From NCBI GenBank assembly GCA_963731715.1, contig CAVSXC010000008.1, forward strand, positions 240,312-304,311: DNA of 64,000 nucleotides. The letters run 5' to 3'. The stretch's first letter is position 1. Every line of letters starts with the position of its first letter. Below are positions 22,101 to 33,652 of the stretch, in pieces. A program made the translations under genes and the position numbers. The notes below the pieces were generated by a model that was given only the letters and a program-made list of their open reading frames with translations, did not search any database and was not told where the DNA came from. The DNA comes from an uncultured Actinomycetota bacterium (GTDB lineage Bacteria > Actinomycetota > Actinomycetes > Mycobacteriales > Mycobacteriaceae).

Positions 22101-22358
22101 GGCCCACACCGCGACACGGTCGCCCGGTGCGAAGCGCCCGAGCAGAGCTCGTGCCGCGCGTTCGGACTCCTCAAGAAGTTCGGCGTATGTCCACCGGCGC
22201 CGGTCCGCGGCCTCTGGCATTCCGGTCACCAGCGCGACCGCATCGGGTGCGCGCTCCGCACTGTCGCGAAGCAACCCACCGATGGTCAGTTCGAGGATCG
22301 GTACCGAGTCGTCTGCGGACCACTCCGCGATTGAAAGTCGCGATGACGAGTCAGACAT
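19130..22358 (-). CDS. Adenylation-thiolation-reductase (CAR-like) enzyme of about 1075 aa; one extra base near 20384
   Basis: A domain [29 protein letters not shown]; T domain GGDSLSA; R domain [24 protein letters not shown]; ASELT|LDNFID joins after removing 1 nt. Confidence 0.85.
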
Positions 22359-22540
22359 GTCATTGCCCCCCAGCAATCAAGGCGACCGCCCCCACGGACC
22401 GCTGCCCCCCAGAACTGCGAGGTCGAAAGCTCGACCATGCACTGCATTATGACAGCGCTTCGTCAGCAAAGACCCATGAAGATTCCAGCTATTCCCGAAG
22501 ACCTTCCGATGGGAAACGAATCTTCACCCGATAACGATTG

Positions 22541-22990
22541 CTAGTGCTCGCACACCACTAACGGAATCACCCGGTCGGTCGCCTCCCGGTAGCCGCGGTA
22601 TGGAGGATAGATCCTGATTAGCTTGGACCAGTAGCGGTTTCGTTCGTCATCGCGGGCGTCCCGGGCGATCAGGTCGAGGTGCTCGCCGCGAATCTGGATG
22701 TGCACCTTGGGGTTTGTCTTCAGGTTGCGATACCACCCCGGGTGGTCGGCCCTGCCGCCGAACGATGCGGGCAGCACGACCCGATCACCGTCGCGCAAGT
22801 ACAGCGTCGGCGTGGTGCGCGGCTGACCGGACTTTCGTCCCGTGGTGGTGATCAGCGCCGCGGGAAACCACAACAGCTTCGCGCCCAACCGTCCGTTGGT
22901 ACGCTGATACACCCAGATATGCACACGCGCGAAGTACTTCATCAGCAGCACAACAATGCGCGAGTTTCTGATCCATCGCCGCTGAGTCAT
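22541..22990 (-). CDS. F420-dependent (deazaflavin) nitroreductase family protein, FDOR-A
   Basis: [42 protein letters not shown]. Confidence 0.88.
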   Translation of the reverse strand: MTQRRWIRNSRIVVLLMKYFARVHIWVYQRTNGRLGAKLLWFPAALITTTGRKSGQPRTTPTLYLRDGDRVVLPASFGGRADHPGWYRNLKTNPKVHIQIRGEHLDLIARDARDDERNRYWSKLIRIYPPYRGYREATDRVIPLVVCEH

Positions 22991-23024
22991 GCCCACTGAA
23001 TTACCGCAAAGCGCGTTCGGCAAA

Positions 23025-24214
<1,190 letters not shown>

Positions 24215-24591
24215 CTACGACTTGGTCACAAAGGGTCGGATTCCCGCGCGGATGTGATGGATCTGGCCGTCGGCCGCCGGGATGAGGAAAGTCTCGTCGA
24301 TGTGCGCACCGACCTGCCTGCCCGCCAGCGACGGCTTGGTCACCAGGTCGAACTGAGCCCGCACCCGATCGCCGTCGACGGTGAATTCCGGCACAGTCGT
24401 GGCCTGGATGATCCGGTACTGCGGCCCGCGATTCAGGCTGCGGCGCAAGTGATCTCCGGAGAATCCGGTCTTGAGCCCGACCTCGGTCCTGGTGCATCCC
24501 GGCGCGAACGGCACCTTGTCGGCATCGTGGCTCACCAGCGCGTCGATGTAGGCCTGCGCGGCCGCGATGCGTTCGTCGTCCGAGGCAGGCA

Positions 24592-24592
<1 letters not shown>
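24215..24592 (-). CDS. SnoaL/NTF2-like hypothetical protein
   Basis: ERIAAAQAYIDALVSHDAD...CTRTEVGLKTG; GTG overlaps the fadA5 stop. Confidence 0.65.
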
Positions 24593-25764
<1,172 letters not shown>

Positions 25765-25765
25765 C

Positions 25766-25779
25766 TAGAACACGTTTCA
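25766..25779. promoter_or_regulatory. KstR operator (fadA5 side)
   Basis: TAGAACACGTTTCA matches TnnAACnnGTTnnA. Confidence 0.9.
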
Positions 25780-25844
25780 TTACTCTGACAAGCTGCGATG
25801 TCCCCATGCCTTTGATCTGCGATGAACGCATGTTTTACTGGCAC

Positions 25845-25858
25845 TAGAACACGTTGCA
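25845..25858. promoter_or_regulatory. KstR operator (cyp125 side)
   Basis: TAGAACACGTTGCA matches TnnAACnnGTTnnA. Confidence 0.9.
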
Positions 25859-25876
25859 ATTGAGGAGAACACCACT

Positions 25877-27136
25877 GTGACTTCCCCCTCGGGGAATCCC
25901 CCCAATATTCCGGCTGACTTCGACTTCCTCGACGCGAACCTGAATCTTGAGCGCCTGCCCGTCGCCGAACTCGCCGAGTTGCGCAAGTCCGAGCCCGTCC
26001 ACTGGGTCGACGTGCCAGGCGGAACCGGCGGGTTCGGCGACAAGGGCTACTGGCTGGTCACCAAGCACGCCGATGTCAAAGAGGTATCCAAGCGCAGCGA
26101 CGTCTTCGGCAGCTCGCCGGACGGAGCCATCCCGACTTGGCCTCAGGCGATGACACGCGACGCTATCGACCTTCAGAAGGCCGTCCTGTTGAACATGGAC
26201 GCACCGCAGCACACCCGGCTGCGAAAGATCATCTCGCGCGGCTTCACCCCGCGAGCGATCGGCCGGCTGGAGGCCGAACTCGCCGAACGTGCCCAGAAGA
26301 TTGCCGAGGCCGCCGCCGCCGAGGGCTCCGGCGACTTCGTCGAGCAGGTCTCCTGCGAGCTGCCGCTGCAGGCCATCGCCGGCCTGCTTGGCGTGCCGCA
26401 GGAGGATCGCGACAAGTTGTTCCGGTGGTCCAACGAGATGACCGCGGGCGAGGATCCGGAGTACGCCCACGTCGACCCGGCGATGTCATCGGTCGAGCTG
26501 ATCCAGTACGCGATGCAAATGGCCGACGACCGCAGCAAGAATCCCGGCGATGACATCGTCACCCAACTGGTCGAGGCCGATATCGACGGCGAGAAGCTCT
26601 CCGACGACGAGTTCGGCTTCTTCGTGGTGATGCTCGCGGTGGCAGGCAACGAGACCACGCGCAACTCCATCACCCACGGCATGATCGCGTTCTCGCAGCA
26701 CCCCGAGCAGTGGGAGCTTTACAAGAAGGAGCGCCCAGGCACTGCAGCCGACGAGATCATCCGCTGGGCCACCCCGGTCTCCGCGTTCCAGCGCACCGCG
26801 CTCGAGGACACCGAACTCTCGGGTGTGCAGATCAAGAAGGGGCAGCGAGTGGTCATGTCTTACCGCTCGGCCAACTTCGACGAAGAGGTCTTCGAGGATC
26901 CGCACACATTCGACATCCTGCGCGACCCGAACCCGCAGGTCGGGTTTGGCGGCACCGGCGCGCATTACTGCATCGGCGCGAACTTGGCCCGGATGACCAT
27001 CAACCTCATCTTCAACGCGGTCGCCGATCACATGCCCGAGATCAAGCCGATCGGTGAGCCCGAACGGCTAATGTCGGGCTGGCTCAATGGAATAAAGCAC
27101 TGGCAGGTGGACTACACCGGCGCCGGCGCGCAATAG
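25877..27136 (+). CDS. cyp125: Steroid C26-monooxygenase CYP125
   Basis: AVAGNETTRN I-helix; GFGGTGAHYCIG heme-ligand motif; first gene of the igr operon. Confidence 0.93.
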   Translation: MTSPSGNPPNIPADFDFLDANLNLERLPVAELAELRKSEPVHWVDVPGGTGGFGDKGYWLVTKHADVKEVSKRSDVFGSSPDGAIPTWPQAMTRDAIDLQKAVLLNMDAPQHTRLRKIISRGFTPRAIGRLEAELAERAQKIAEAAAAEGSGDFVEQVSCELPLQAIAGLLGVPQEDRDKLFRWSNEMTAGEDPEYAHVDPAMSSVELIQYAMQMADDRSKNPGDDIVTQLVEADIDGEKLSDDEFGFFVVMLAVAGNETTRNSITHGMIAFSQHPEQWELYKKERPGTAADEIIRWATPVSAFQRTALEDTELSGVQIKKGQRVVMSYRSANFDEEVFEDPHTFDILRDPNPQVGFGGTGAHYCIGANLARMTINLIFNAVADHMPEIKPIGEPERLMSGWLNGIKHWQVDYTGAGAQ

Positions 27137-27162
27137 CGCCGAACGAATCAAGGAGGATTCGG

Positions 27163-28161
27163 GTGGATTTCACACCGGACCCGGAGCAACAGGCTGTCGC
27201 CGACGTCGTGACGTCAGTGCTGGACCGGGACAACAGCTGGGATGCCTTGGTCGCAGGGGGTGCGACGGCGTTCGCCGTGCCCGAGCGCCTCGGTGGCGAC
27301 GGCCTCGGCCTGTCTGAGGTAGCGACCGCACTGACCGAGATCGGCAGGCATGGCAGCGTCAGCCCCGCTCTGGCCACTCTCGGCCTCGGTACCGCAGTGC
27401 TGCTTGACCTGGCATCCGATGCACAGCAGGACCGCTACCTCGCGGGCGTCGCCAAGGGCTCGGTGCTGACCGCGGCGCTCAACGAGGCAGGCGCGCCGCT
27501 GCCGGACCGGCCCGCGACGACATTCGCCAACGGCCGGGTGAACGGCACCAAGATCGCGGTTCCGTATGCGGGGCAAGCGGAGTGGATCGTCGTGACCACG
27601 GACAGCGCCGTCGTGGTGGTGTCGCCGAAGGCCGACGGTGTGCAACTGACGAAGACGCCGACGTCCAACGGTGGTGACGAGTACACCGTGGCGTTCTCCG
27701 AAGCCGAGGCAGACGGGGTGCTTGAGGGCGCCAAGGTGCACCGGGTAAACCAGTTGGCGCTGGCCGCGATTGGAGCGTACGCATCCGGCCTTGTCGCAGG
27801 TGCGCTTCGGCTGACCGCCGACTATGTGGCCAATCGGCATCAGTTCGGCAAGCCGCTTTCGACGTTCCAGACGGTCGCCGCACAGCTTGCCGAGGTCTAT
27901 ATCGCCTCGCGCACATTGACTTTGGCGGCGACGTCGGTTGTGTGGCGGCTGTCGGTGGGTCGTGACGCGGACGACGATCTCGACGTCCTCGGCTACTGGC
28001 TGGCCTCGCAGGCACCCCCGGTGATGCAGATCTGCCACCACCTGCACGGCGGCATGGGAATGGACATCGACTATCCGATGAACCGCTATTACTCCACGAT
28101 CAAGGACCTGGCCCGGCTGGTGGGCGGGCAAGCGCATCGTCTCGATCTGGTGGGAGCGTAA
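27163..28161 (+). CDS. fadE28: Acyl-CoA dehydrogenase ChsE1/FadE28
   Basis: QFGKPLSTFQ, CHHLHGGMGMDIDYP; igr synteny. Confidence 0.9.
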   Translation: MDFTPDPEQQAVADVVTSVLDRDNSWDALVAGGATAFAVPERLGGDGLGLSEVATALTEIGRHGSVSPALATLGLGTAVLLDLASDAQQDRYLAGVAKGSVLTAALNEAGAPLPDRPATTFANGRVNGTKIAVPYAGQAEWIVVTTDSAVVVVSPKADGVQLTKTPTSNGGDEYTVAFSEAEADGVLEGAKVHRVNQLALAAIGAYASGLVAGALRLTADYVANRHQFGKPLSTFQTVAAQLAEVYIASRTLTLAATSVVWRLSVGRDADDDLDVLGYWLASQAPPVMQICHHLHGGMGMDIDYPMNRYYSTIKDLARLVGGQAHRLDLVGA

Positions 28162-29324
28162 TGTTCATCGAACTGACCCCCGAACAGCGACAGCTGCAAG
28201 CCGAACTGCGGCAGTACTTTTCGAACCTGATCTCCGCTGAGGAATACAAGGAGATGGAGGCCGACCGGCATGGCAAGGCCTACCGCGCGGTAATCAAGCG
28301 GATGGGCTCGGACGGCAAACTGGGCGTCGGGTGGCCGAAGGAATTCGGCGGCCTCGGCTACGGCCCGATCGAACAGTCGATCTTCGTCAACGAGGCTCAC
28401 CGTGCGGACGTACCCCTGCCCGCCGTTACGTTGCAAACCGTAGGACCGACACTGCAAGTGTTCGGCAGCGATATGCAGAAGAAGAAGTTCCTGCCTGCAA
28501 TCCTCGCAGGCGAACTGCACTTCGCGATCGGCTACACCGAGCCGGAGGCGGGCACCGACCTCGCATCGTTGCGCACCACCGCGGTCCGGCAGGGCGACGA
28601 GTACATCGTCAACGGCCAGAAGGTCTTCACCACCGGCGGCCATGACGCCGATTACATCTGGCTGGCCTGCCGCACAGATCCGGAAGCGGTGAAGCACAAG
28701 GGCATCTCGATTCTCATCGTCGACACCAAGGATCCCGGCTATTCCTGGACGCCGATGATCCTTTCCGACGGAGCGCACCACACCAACGCCACGTATTACA
28801 GCGACGTCCGGGTGCCCGCCGACATGCTCGTCGGCGAGGAGAACGGCGGCTGGCGACTGATCACCACTCAGCTCAACAACGAGCGCGTGATGCTGGGCCC
28901 TGCGGGCCGGTTCGCCGCGCTCTACGACCGGATCCATTCGTGGGCGTCCAAGCCGGGTGGCAATGGTGACATTCCGCTCGATCATGACGACGTCAAACGC
29001 TCGCTTGGCGAACTCAAGGCCATGTGGCGGATCAACGAACTGCTCAACTGGCAAGTCGCGGCATCGGGCGAGGCAATTGACGTTGCCGATGCGGCCGCAA
29101 CCAAAGTGTTTGGCACCGAACGGATCCAGTACGCGGGCCGACTGGCTGAAGAGATCGTCGGAAAGTACGGTGATCCTTCTGAAGAGGAGACGGCCGGACT
29201 CCTTATGTGGCTCGACAGTCAAACGAAGCGGAATCTGGTGATCACGTTCGGCGGCGGTGTGAACGAGGTGATGCGCGAGATGATTGCAGCGTCGGGCCTG
29301 AAGGTGCCGAGGGTCCCCAGGTGA
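28161..29324 (+). CDS. fadE29: Acyl-CoA dehydrogenase ChsE2/FadE29
   Basis: FAIGYTEPEAGTDLA, TFGGGVNEVMRE. Confidence 0.92.
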   Translation: MFIELTPEQRQLQAELRQYFSNLISAEEYKEMEADRHGKAYRAVIKRMGSDGKLGVGWPKEFGGLGYGPIEQSIFVNEAHRADVPLPAVTLQTVGPTLQVFGSDMQKKKFLPAILAGELHFAIGYTEPEAGTDLASLRTTAVRQGDEYIVNGQKVFTTGGHDADYIWLACRTDPEAVKHKGISILIVDTKDPGYSWTPMILSDGAHHTNATYYSDVRVPADMLVGEENGGWRLITTQLNNERVMLGPAGRFAALYDRIHSWASKPGGNGDIPLDHDDVKRSLGELKAMWRINELLNWQVAASGEAIDVADAAATKVFGTERIQYAGRLAEEIVGKYGDPSEEETAGLLMWLDSQTKRNLVITFGGGVNEVMREMIAASGLKVPRVPR

Positions 29325-30297
29325 GCATCGAAGACATTCAGGCCGCCGCCGAGCGGGTCAAGGCCGAAGGCAAGAGCAAGCCACGGGCGGGTCGTCATCC
29401 CGTCAACCAGCCGATGGTCGACCATTGGCTCGACGCGATGGGCGACAAGAACCCGATCTACGTCGACGAGGCTGCTGCGACGGCCGCTGGCCATCCCGGC
29501 ATCGTGGCGCCCCCGGCGATGATCCAGGTCTGGACGATGGGGGGCCTCGGCAGTGGTCGTGCGGCCGATGACCCACTCACCAAGATCATGGATTTGTTCG
29601 ACGACGCAGGCTATGTCGGCGTCGTTGCCACGAACTGCGAGCAGACCTACCACCGGTATCTGAGGCCGGGTGAGGAGGTCAGCGTCCTGGCCGAACTCAC
29701 CGATGTCGTCGGTCCGAAGACGACCGCCCTCGGTGAGGGCTTCTTCATCACGCAGAAGATCACGTGGCAGGTCGGCGACGAAGATGTGGCCGAAATGATG
29801 TGGCGCATAATGAAGTTCAGGCCCTCCGATCAAGGCGGGCGAGCGACTCCTTCAGCCGTGCCCGACGACCTCGACGCTGCCACGATGATGCGGCCAGCGT
29901 CGTCGCGGGATACCAAGTTCTTCTGGGACGGCGTCAATGCCCACGAATTGCGCATCCAGAAGCGTGCGGACGGCAGCCTGCAACATCCGCCGGTGCCTGC
30001 CATCTGGCAGGACAAAGAAACTCCTACCGACTACCAGGTGGCGAGCGGCAAGGGCACGGTGTTCAGCTTCGTCGTGCACCACGCCCCGAAGGTGCCCGGC
30101 CGCACGCTGCCGTTCGTGATCGCGCTCGTCGAGCTCGAAGAGGGCGTCCGGATGCTTGGCGAGCTGCGCAACGTCGACCCTGCCACCGTTGAGATCGGAA
30201 TGCCAGTGCGCGCAACGTATATCGACTTCCCCGAAGGGGATTCTGGCCCTGCCTGGACGCTATACGCATGGGAGCCCGGGACGGAGCCGGAGTATGA
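29321..30297 (+). CDS. chsH2: MaoC/DUF35 hydratase subunit ChsH2 (Rv3542c ortholog); 1-nt deletion just before the stop
   Basis: DAMGDKNPIY, APPAMIQVWTM, VELEEGVRM; expected TGA at 30295-30297 overlaps the chsH1 ATG. Confidence 0.88.
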
Positions 30298-30695
30298 GCG
30301 CTCCTTCTATTTCCGTGGGTACGAAGCTGCCCGAACTGTCGCTGTACGGCGACCCAACGTTCATCGTGTCGACGGCGATCGCAACGCGGGATTACCAGGA
30401 CGTGCACCACGATCGCGACAAGGCGCAGGCGAAGGGGTCGAAGGACATCTTCGTCAACATCCTCACCGACACCGGTTTGGTGCAGCGCTACCTCACGGAC
30501 TGGGCGGGACCCAACGCGATCATCAAGTCGATCTCTCTTCGGCTCGGTGTGCCGTGGTATGCCTACGACACCGTCACGTTCAAGGGCGAAGTGACCGCGG
30601 ATGAAGATGGGTTGCTCACGGTGAAAGTCGTTGGCAGCAACAGTCTTGGCGACCACGTCATCGCAACCGCCACACTGACGCTCGGGGGTGCCTGA
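30294..30695 (+). CDS. chsH1: MaoC hydratase subunit ChsH1 (Rv3541c ortholog)
   Basis: ATRDYQDVHHD, DIFVNILTDTG. Confidence 0.9.
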   Translation: MSAPSISVGTKLPELSLYGDPTFIVSTAIATRDYQDVHHDRDKAQAKGSKDIFVNILTDTGLVQRYLTDWAGPNAIIKSISLRLGVPWYAYDTVTFKGEVTADEDGLLTVKVVGSNSLGDHVIATATLTLGGA

Positions 30696-30698
30696 GGA

Positions 30699-31865
30699 AT
30701 GAGCACCGAACTTTCCGGGAAGGCGGCGATCGTCGGCATCGGCGCCACCGATTTCTCCAAGAATTCCGGGCGCAGCGAGCTTCGGCTGGCAGCCGAGGCC
30801 GTGCTGGACGCGCTGGATGACGCGGGGCTGACACCTGCCGATGTCGACGGCATGGTGACCTTCACCATGGACTCCAACACCGAGGTCGCGGTCGCCCGCG
30901 CCACAGGCATCGGTGACCTGAAGTTCTTCTCCAAGATCCATCACGGCGGAGGCGCCGCCTGCGCCACGATTCAGCAGGCGGCCATTGCCGTGGCCACCGG
31001 TGTCGCGGATTGCGTTGTCGCATACCGGGCCTTCAACGAACGCTCGGGAACGCGATTCGGGCAGGTGCAGATGCGGCTGGTCGAGAACGCCGATTCCACG
31101 GGCGTGGACAACTCGTTCTCGTATCCGCACGGCCTTTCGACGCCTGCGGCACAGGTGGCGATGATCGCCAAGCGGTACATGCACCTGTCAGGGGCGACGA
31201 GCAAGGACTTCGGTGCGGTCTCTGTGGCCGACCGCAAGCATGCGGCCAAAAACCCGAAGGCCTATTTCTACGAGAAGCCGATCACCATTGAGGACCACCA
31301 GAATTCGCGGTGGATCGCCGAACCGCTGCGGCTTCTCGACTGCTGCCAGGAGACCGACGGTGCCGTCGCAATAGTCGTGACGTCGCCCGAGCGAGCCAAG
31401 GATCTCAAGAACCGGCCGGCCATCATCGAGGCTGCCTCGCAGGGGGCAAGCCCCGACCAGTACTCGATGGTCAGCTACTACCGCACGGAGCTGGGCCTGC
31501 CGGAAATGGGGCTGGTCGGCAAACAGCTGTGGTCGCAGTCCGGCCTCAACCCGACCGACATCCAGACGGCGATCCTCTACGACCACTTCACCCCGTTCAC
31601 TCTGATTCAGTTGGAGGAGTTGGGCTTCTGCGGCCAGGGTGAGGCAAAAGACTTCGTCGCCGACGGTGCGATCGAGATTGGAGGCAGGCTGCCGATCAAC
31701 ACGCACGGTGGCCAGCTCGGCGAGGCGTACATCCATGGAATGAACGGCATCGCCGAAGGTGTTCGCCAGCTTCGGGGAACCTCGGTCAATCAGGTCGACG
31801 ACGTCGAGCATGTGCTCGTCACTGCCGGCACCGGCGTCCCGACCTCCGGCTTGATACTTGGTTAG
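30699..31865 (+). CDS. ltp2: Steroid side-chain aldolase Ltp2 (Rv3540c ortholog)
   Basis: SCP2-thiolase fold; LYDHF, NTHGGQLGEAYIHG. Confidence 0.92.
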   Translation: MSTELSGKAAIVGIGATDFSKNSGRSELRLAAEAVLDALDDAGLTPADVDGMVTFTMDSNTEVAVARATGIGDLKFFSKIHHGGGAACATIQQAAIAVATGVADCVVAYRAFNERSGTRFGQVQMRLVENADSTGVDNSFSYPHGLSTPAAQVAMIAKRYMHLSGATSKDFGAVSVADRKHAAKNPKAYFYEKPITIEDHQNSRWIAEPLRLLDCCQETDGAVAIVVTSPERAKDLKNRPAIIEAASQGASPDQYSMVSYYRTELGLPEMGLVGKQLWSQSGLNPTDIQTAILYDHFTPFTLIQLEELGFCGQGEAKDFVADGAIEIGGRLPINTHGGQLGEAYIHGMNGIAEGVRQLRGTSVNQVDDVEHVLVTAGTGVPTSGLILG

Positions 31866-32294
31866 CGGACACTCCTAGCAATCATCTGCGAGCGCGTGTC
31901 ACGCCGCGTATGACGGTTGCTGACTCAAGCAGCCGACTGAATTGCGAAAGGCGCCTGTGAGTTGTCATCGCATGTCGGCTTATTAACCAGACCGTCGAAC
32001 TGCGAAAAGCCGAGGCTCTCCTTGCGAAGTCCTTGACGGCGCAACAGTCCGCCTGAACAGGTGTTACAGATGAGGCGCGCCCGGGGAAAGCGCATGCCAA
32101 CCGCGTCGAGACAATCAGCGGATCCAAGATGGGGGTTGGTGGCACCACGCGGCAAACGACGGCTTGGAGTACCGCGATGCACTTCGCTTCAAGATCAGGG
32201 CGTGTCGCTTGACAGCAGATCTAGCAAATCCATAGGATGGTGTAATCGGCATCACATCTGTGGATCTCGATCCATCGGGGGAGGTGGTGCCTGG

Positions 32295-32743
32295 ATGGCA
32301 GGGATGGTGACAACTTGGTGGGGGATCCGGGGGGCGGCAGAGGCACCGTCGTAGCGATACGGCCTCGCCACCGCGCGCAGGCGATGTGTTCGTGCGGGTG
32401 GGTGGGTCGACCACGCGTTCTGTTTCCGTCGGCGAAAGTCGACGCGCTCATTCACGCGGCGAGCCATGGCTGTCAGCCTGCTATACCGTTGGTTCAGCCA
32501 GAGACCATCGACGCCTTGAATCCTGGCGACCTCACCGTTCGCTGCCCGGCGGGCTGCGGCGCCAGCCTGTCCGTACCCATGACGATCACCGACACTCTGT
32601 CGGCCAGATCAGACAATGGCGAGCTCTATGTTCGGTTCACTGCCGAGGCGCCTGAACTGCACGACTACGTGAATCAGCATTTGCGGATGTGTCCGGAGGC
32701 GACGACGTTGGTCGACGCGGCGTTGGAGCGCGCGCACACTTAG
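32295..32743 (+). CDS. Hypothetical Cys/His-rich protein (start uncertain, likely 5' frameshift)
   Basis: GGAGG RBS before ATG 32295; ORF 32315..32743 with CSCGW, CPAGC and HLRMC. Confidence 0.55.
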
Positions 32744-32861
32744 CGCTCCGCCCTACTACCCTCATTACGGCAGCCAGCCACCGGCCGGCTGCCGTAATTG
32801 CTTGTCGTCGCGATGATCATGGGGGTTGTGTTGTGATCGTGAGCCACACCGAGGTACGGGC

Positions 32862-33635
32862 ATGATTTCGCCCCAACCGCCGGACCCGTGGCCCTCTGAA
32901 CCGTCTGCGCCAGAAGGCTTTGACGAACCCGACGTCGACGACGCCGATACCGGACCGCTGGCCGTTCCCGCCCCGCCTCCGTCGGCCGACGAGAGATGGC
33001 ATGCCGGCCAAGGCGCGTGGGCGGACAAATTCGATGCGCCGTTGATTGTGAACCCGCGGCCGGTCCGGCCTCACGAACGCAAACCGATTGTCTTCCTCAG
33101 CGCCGTCTCGCTGCTCATCGTCGTCGTTGTCGGCGGACTGATCTTCTGGCTGGTGCGCCCGTCGGCCGACTCCGATGCGGGACCGCCGTCTCCAGCGCCG
33201 ACGACGCCGAACCCCGAGGCCGACCGGCTGCTGCATATGGTTCCGGCCGGTTATGCGTCTGACGGCTGCAAATCCGTCGCCACTCCGAAAAACGCACTGG
33301 CACTAGCTAGTTGCGGGCAGAACTCTGACACGGGTGGTCCGAAGTCGGCGACCTACACACTGGTTGCAGACAAGGCCGCCCTCGACGCAGCGTTCAACGA
33401 CATCGTGCGCGCATCGACAACAGTCAACTGCCCCGGCAACATTCAGTCGCCGGGACCGTGGCGCCGCAACGCCACACCGGACAAGATCAGCGGCGTCTTG
33501 TTCTGCGGCGTCCGAAACAGCCGTCCGACTGTGGCATGGACCGATGAGGCCAGACTCGTGGTCAGCGAGGTCCAATCGGGCTCGCAAGGGCCAACTTTCG
33601 ACGAGCTGTATGCGTGGTGGTCAAGCCACTCGTAG
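32862..33635 (+). CDS. Single-pass membrane protein with Cys-containing extracellular domain resembling Ser/Thr-kinase sensor domains
   Basis: Pro-rich N-terminus, TM (VSLLIVVVVGGLIFWLV), CPGNIQSPGPW...GVLFCG...LYAWWSSHS. Confidence 0.7.
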   Translation: MISPQPPDPWPSEPSAPEGFDEPDVDDADTGPLAVPAPPPSADERWHAGQGAWADKFDAPLIVNPRPVRPHERKPIVFLSAVSLLIVVVVGGLIFWLVRPSADSDAGPPSPAPTTPNPEADRLLHMVPAGYASDGCKSVATPKNALALASCGQNSDTGGPKSATYTLVADKAALDAAFNDIVRASTTVNCPGNIQSPGPWRRNATPDKISGVLFCGVRNSRPTVAWTDEARLVVSEVQSGSQGPTFDELYAWWSSHS

Positions 33636-33652
33636 CGGCCGTCAGGTTGGTT

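Noticed and set aside
29207-30604. 465-aa extended ChsH2 overlapping chsH1
   Set aside because: One missing base near 30285 explains the read-through; the TGA/ATG overlap is at 30294-30297.
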